Part shown: positions 34,727 to 37,086 of the stretch, in pieces
Numbering within the stretch: position 1 is the stretch's first letter
Layout: the number at the start of each line of letters is the position of its first letter
Assembly (NCBI GenBank): GCA_043825735.1
Contig: JBDRRP010000120.1
Coordinates: forward strand, 1 to 37,086
Direction: 5' to 3'
Length of the DNA stretch: 37,086 nt
Source: Pseudomonadota bacterium
Lineage (GTDB): Bacteria; Desulfobacterota; Desulfobacteria; Desulfobacterales; JBDRRP01
The notes under the pieces: generated by a model
Seen by the model: the letters and a program-made list of their open reading frames with translations, nothing else
Told to the model about the DNA's origin: nothing
The model's database searches: none
Position numbers and translations under genes: made by a program

Positions 34727-36946
34727 ATGAGCTTTCTCACCGAACGCAAGTATTCCTTCGCATCGAACGCCCTTTCCGCAGACGCCTTTGCGGTGGTCGG
34801 TTTTACCGGCGAAGAGGGCCTTTCAAGGCCATACCGGTTCGACGTCCGGCTGGCAGCCGCAGATGCGGAGATAGACCTTGGCGCAGTGATGTCAACACCC
34901 GCCACATTCACCATTCACCGTGATGCGGGCGCCGATGTATCCTTTTCCGGCATCCTTGCCGACTTCGAGCAGCAGCATGCCGTTGACGATGTCGTTTTTT
35001 ATCGGGCCACGCTGGTTCCCAAGTTATGGTGGCTGTCGCTGACCCGCCATAACCAAGTCTTTCTGGACAAAACGGTAAAAGGAATCGTTGAAGCTGTGCT
35101 TAAGGACAGCGGGTTGACATCGCTGGACTACGAGTTTCGACTCAAAAGCGACTACGCCCCCCAACCGTATGTCTGCCAATACGGCGAAAGCCACCTCAAC
35201 TTCATCGATCGCTGGCTGGCCCGGGAGGGCATCTACTACTACTTTGAGCAGACCCAGCACGGCGAGAAAATCATCTTTACCGATACTGCCATCGCCCACC
35301 GGGAAAGCCGTCACGGCTGGGATCTGACGTACGCGCCGCCCAGCGAACTCGGTGACGCCCACCGCGATGAGTCGGTCCAGGGCTTTGTCTGCCGCCAGAA
35401 CCTGATGCCGAAAAGCATCATGCTTAAGGACACCAATTACGAAAAACCCAGCCTTGAAGTAATCGGCCGCGCCGAAGTGGACGCCAACGGTCGCGGCGAG
35501 CAGTACATCTACGGAGAACATTTCAAAACGCCCGAAGACGGAGACCGACTGGCAGGCATCCGGGCACAGACACTGCTTTGCCGCAAGCAGGATTTTGTCG
35601 GCGAGAGCACCGTGCCCTATGTGGAGCCCGGATTCACTTTCACATTGCAGGGGCACAATCGCGGCAGCTTCAACCAGAAGTACCTGACCATCGGGATGAC
35701 GCATGCCGGCAGCCAGACCGGCTATCTCATCGCCGGCATCCAGAAGGGCCTCTCCGAGAGAGAGCGCACGGTCGCCTACCGCAACCAGTTTACGGCCATC
35801 CCGGCCGGTGTTCAGTTTCGGGCGCCGCAGTCGGCCGCGCAACCGAAAATCGACGGGACGCTCAATGCCAGGATCGATGCGGCCGGCAGCGGCACGTACG
35901 CCGAACTGGACGAGCAGGGCCGCTACAAAGTGATTCTCCCCTTTGATACCAGCGAACGAAAAAACGGCAAGGCCTCAACCTGGCTGAGGATGGCGCAGCC
36001 CTACGCGGGCAGCGGTCACGGCATGCACTTTCCCCTGCACAAGGGCACCGAAGTGCTGCTCACCTTCATTGAGGGCAACCCGGACCGGCCGGTCATTGCC
36101 GCTGCGGTGCCCAATCCAGAGACCGATGCGGTGGTCACCGGAGACAACCAGACCATGGCGGCGCTGACCACCAGCGGCGGCAACCAGATCCATATGGAAG
36201 ACAAGGCCGGCAGCGAGCGCATCCTCCTGCATGCCCCTAAGCAATCGAGCTTTGTGCGCATCGGCGCCCACAACGATCCCCCCGCCGCCGAGGAATACAA
36301 ATCCTCCAGCACCCACTGGGGAATCGCCAAAGCCACCGACGGATGGCTGGATGTCGAGGCCAAGGCGAAAAACGAGATCATCCTCGGGCAATCCTTTGAC
36401 TGGGTCACCGGTCCGCGCGTGTACTTCACTGCGGGACTTTTCAACGACACCGCCATTGGCGGCACCCTCGAAGTGCACGCCCCTGAGGAGATGTCGCTGA
36501 CGCCCTTTGGAACCGACGTCGAAATGGAACACCTGGGCGCCGCCGGAACGCGCACCGTCACCCGGATCGCCAGCAGCCGGATGGACACCACGGAAGAGTC
36601 GGTTCGCGGAGACACCAACTCGGCAGTGAACAGTCGATTGGACGCCGTTGCCGGCAAGGTCCAGGCGGTTGGCGCCAAGGCCCGCGCCTCCGGCGAACAG
36701 GTCCGCGCGGATGCCGCCACCCTCCATGTCACCGGGCAAAAAATCCAGGCCGTCGAAGACAAACTCGCCGCCACGGCCACGGCGCTGGAAACAGCGGGCG
36801 CGACAATGAAAGACGCCGGAACTCGGCTCAGAGCCACTGGCGTCTTCAGCCAGATACTTGGAACAGCGGTGGAAGACAACGGCGATCATCTGGAATCGGC
36901 CGGCGCCGATATCGGCAATGCCGGCGTAATTCTGGAGGGTCTATAA
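34727..36946 (+). CDS. vgrG: T6SS spike protein VgrG (TssI) #2
   Basis: N-terminal ~500 aa closely parallels vgrG1 (FLTERKYSF, EEGLS, GMHFPLHKGTEVLLTF, GNPDRP); distinct Ala/Thr/Gly-rich C-terminus. Confidence 0.95.
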   Translation: MSFLTERKYSFASNALSADAFAVVGFTGEEGLSRPYRFDVRLAAADAEIDLGAVMSTPATFTIHRDAGADVSFSGILADFEQQHAVDDVVFYRATLVPKLWWLSLTRHNQVFLDKTVKGIVEAVLKDSGLTSLDYEFRLKSDYAPQPYVCQYGESHLNFIDRWLAREGIYYYFEQTQHGEKIIFTDTAIAHRESRHGWDLTYAPPSELGDAHRDESVQGFVCRQNLMPKSIMLKDTNYEKPSLEVIGRAEVDANGRGEQYIYGEHFKTPEDGDRLAGIRAQTLLCRKQDFVGESTVPYVEPGFTFTLQGHNRGSFNQKYLTIGMTHAGSQTGYLIAGIQKGLSERERTVAYRNQFTAIPAGVQFRAPQSAAQPKIDGTLNARIDAAGSGTYAELDEQGRYKVILPFDTSERKNGKASTWLRMAQPYAGSGHGMHFPLHKGTEVLLTFIEGNPDRPVIAAAVPNPETDAVVTGDNQTMAALTTSGGNQIHMEDKAGSERILLHAPKQSSFVRIGAHNDPPAAEEYKSSSTHWGIAKATDGWLDVEAKAKNEIILGQSFDWVTGPRVYFTAGLFNDTAIGGTLEVHAPEEMSLTPFGTDVEMEHLGAAGTRTVTRIASSRMDTTEESVRGDTNSAVNSRLDAVAGKVQAVGAKARASGEQVRADAATLHVTGQKIQAVEDKLAATATALETAGATMKDAGTRLRATGVFSQILGTAVEDNGDHLESAGADIGNAGVILEGL

Positions 36947-37086
36947 TGGCGTTTTTGACCGATGAGAAGTATTCCTTTACCGCTTCGGCGCTGTCGCCGG
37001 AGACTTTCGGTGTGGTGCGGTTCCGGGGCACCGAGGGGCTCTCGCGCTGCTACGGCTTCGAGGTGACGCTGGTCTCTGGGAACGCC
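36946..37086 (+). CDS. vgrG: T6SS spike protein VgrG #3, 5' part (runs off the window)
   Basis: ATG overlaps the vgrG2 stop (TAATG). Translates MAFLTDEKYSFTASALSPETFGVVRFRGTEGLSRCYGFEVTLVSGNA, clearly paralogous to the vgrG1/2 N-termini. Not in the ORF track. Confidence 0.9.
   Translation, partial: MAFLTDEKYSFTASALSPETFGVVRFRGTEGLSRCYGFEVTLVSGNA

Overview
GC-rich bacterial DNA, probably an anaerobic Desulfobacterota/deltaproteobacterium (inferred from gene content only). It has three parts. (1) 1-580 is a patchwork of short palindromic and tandem repeats. (2) 584-6955 (minus strand) is a six-gene corrinoid-dependent methyl-transfer operon: corrinoid protein, UroD/MtaA-family methyltransferase, MFS transporter, pterin-binding AcsE-like methyltransferase, RACo-type 2Fe-2S/ASKHA activator and a MetH activation-domain-like protein. 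It is followed at about 7140-8450 by a junction with a MITE-like repeat and two apparently truncated genes. (3) 8845 to the window end (plus strand) is a complete type VI secretion system: tssJ-K-L-M-tagF-tssA-tssB-C-hcp-tssE-F-G-clpV. A spike region follows, containing a PAAR-like pseudogene relic, vgrG1 (low-GC C-terminal extension with two hydrophobic helices), DUF2169/pentapeptide, pentapeptide, DUF3540, a DUF4150 PAAR-like gene bracketed by 18-bp perfect inverted repeats, vgrG2, and the start of vgrG3. The spike module mirrors the tagAB/tagB/tagC/tagD arrangement of the anti-eukaryotic Burkholderia T6SS-5, and no toxin-immunity pair is visible. Family assignments come from motif recognition by eye, not from database searches.
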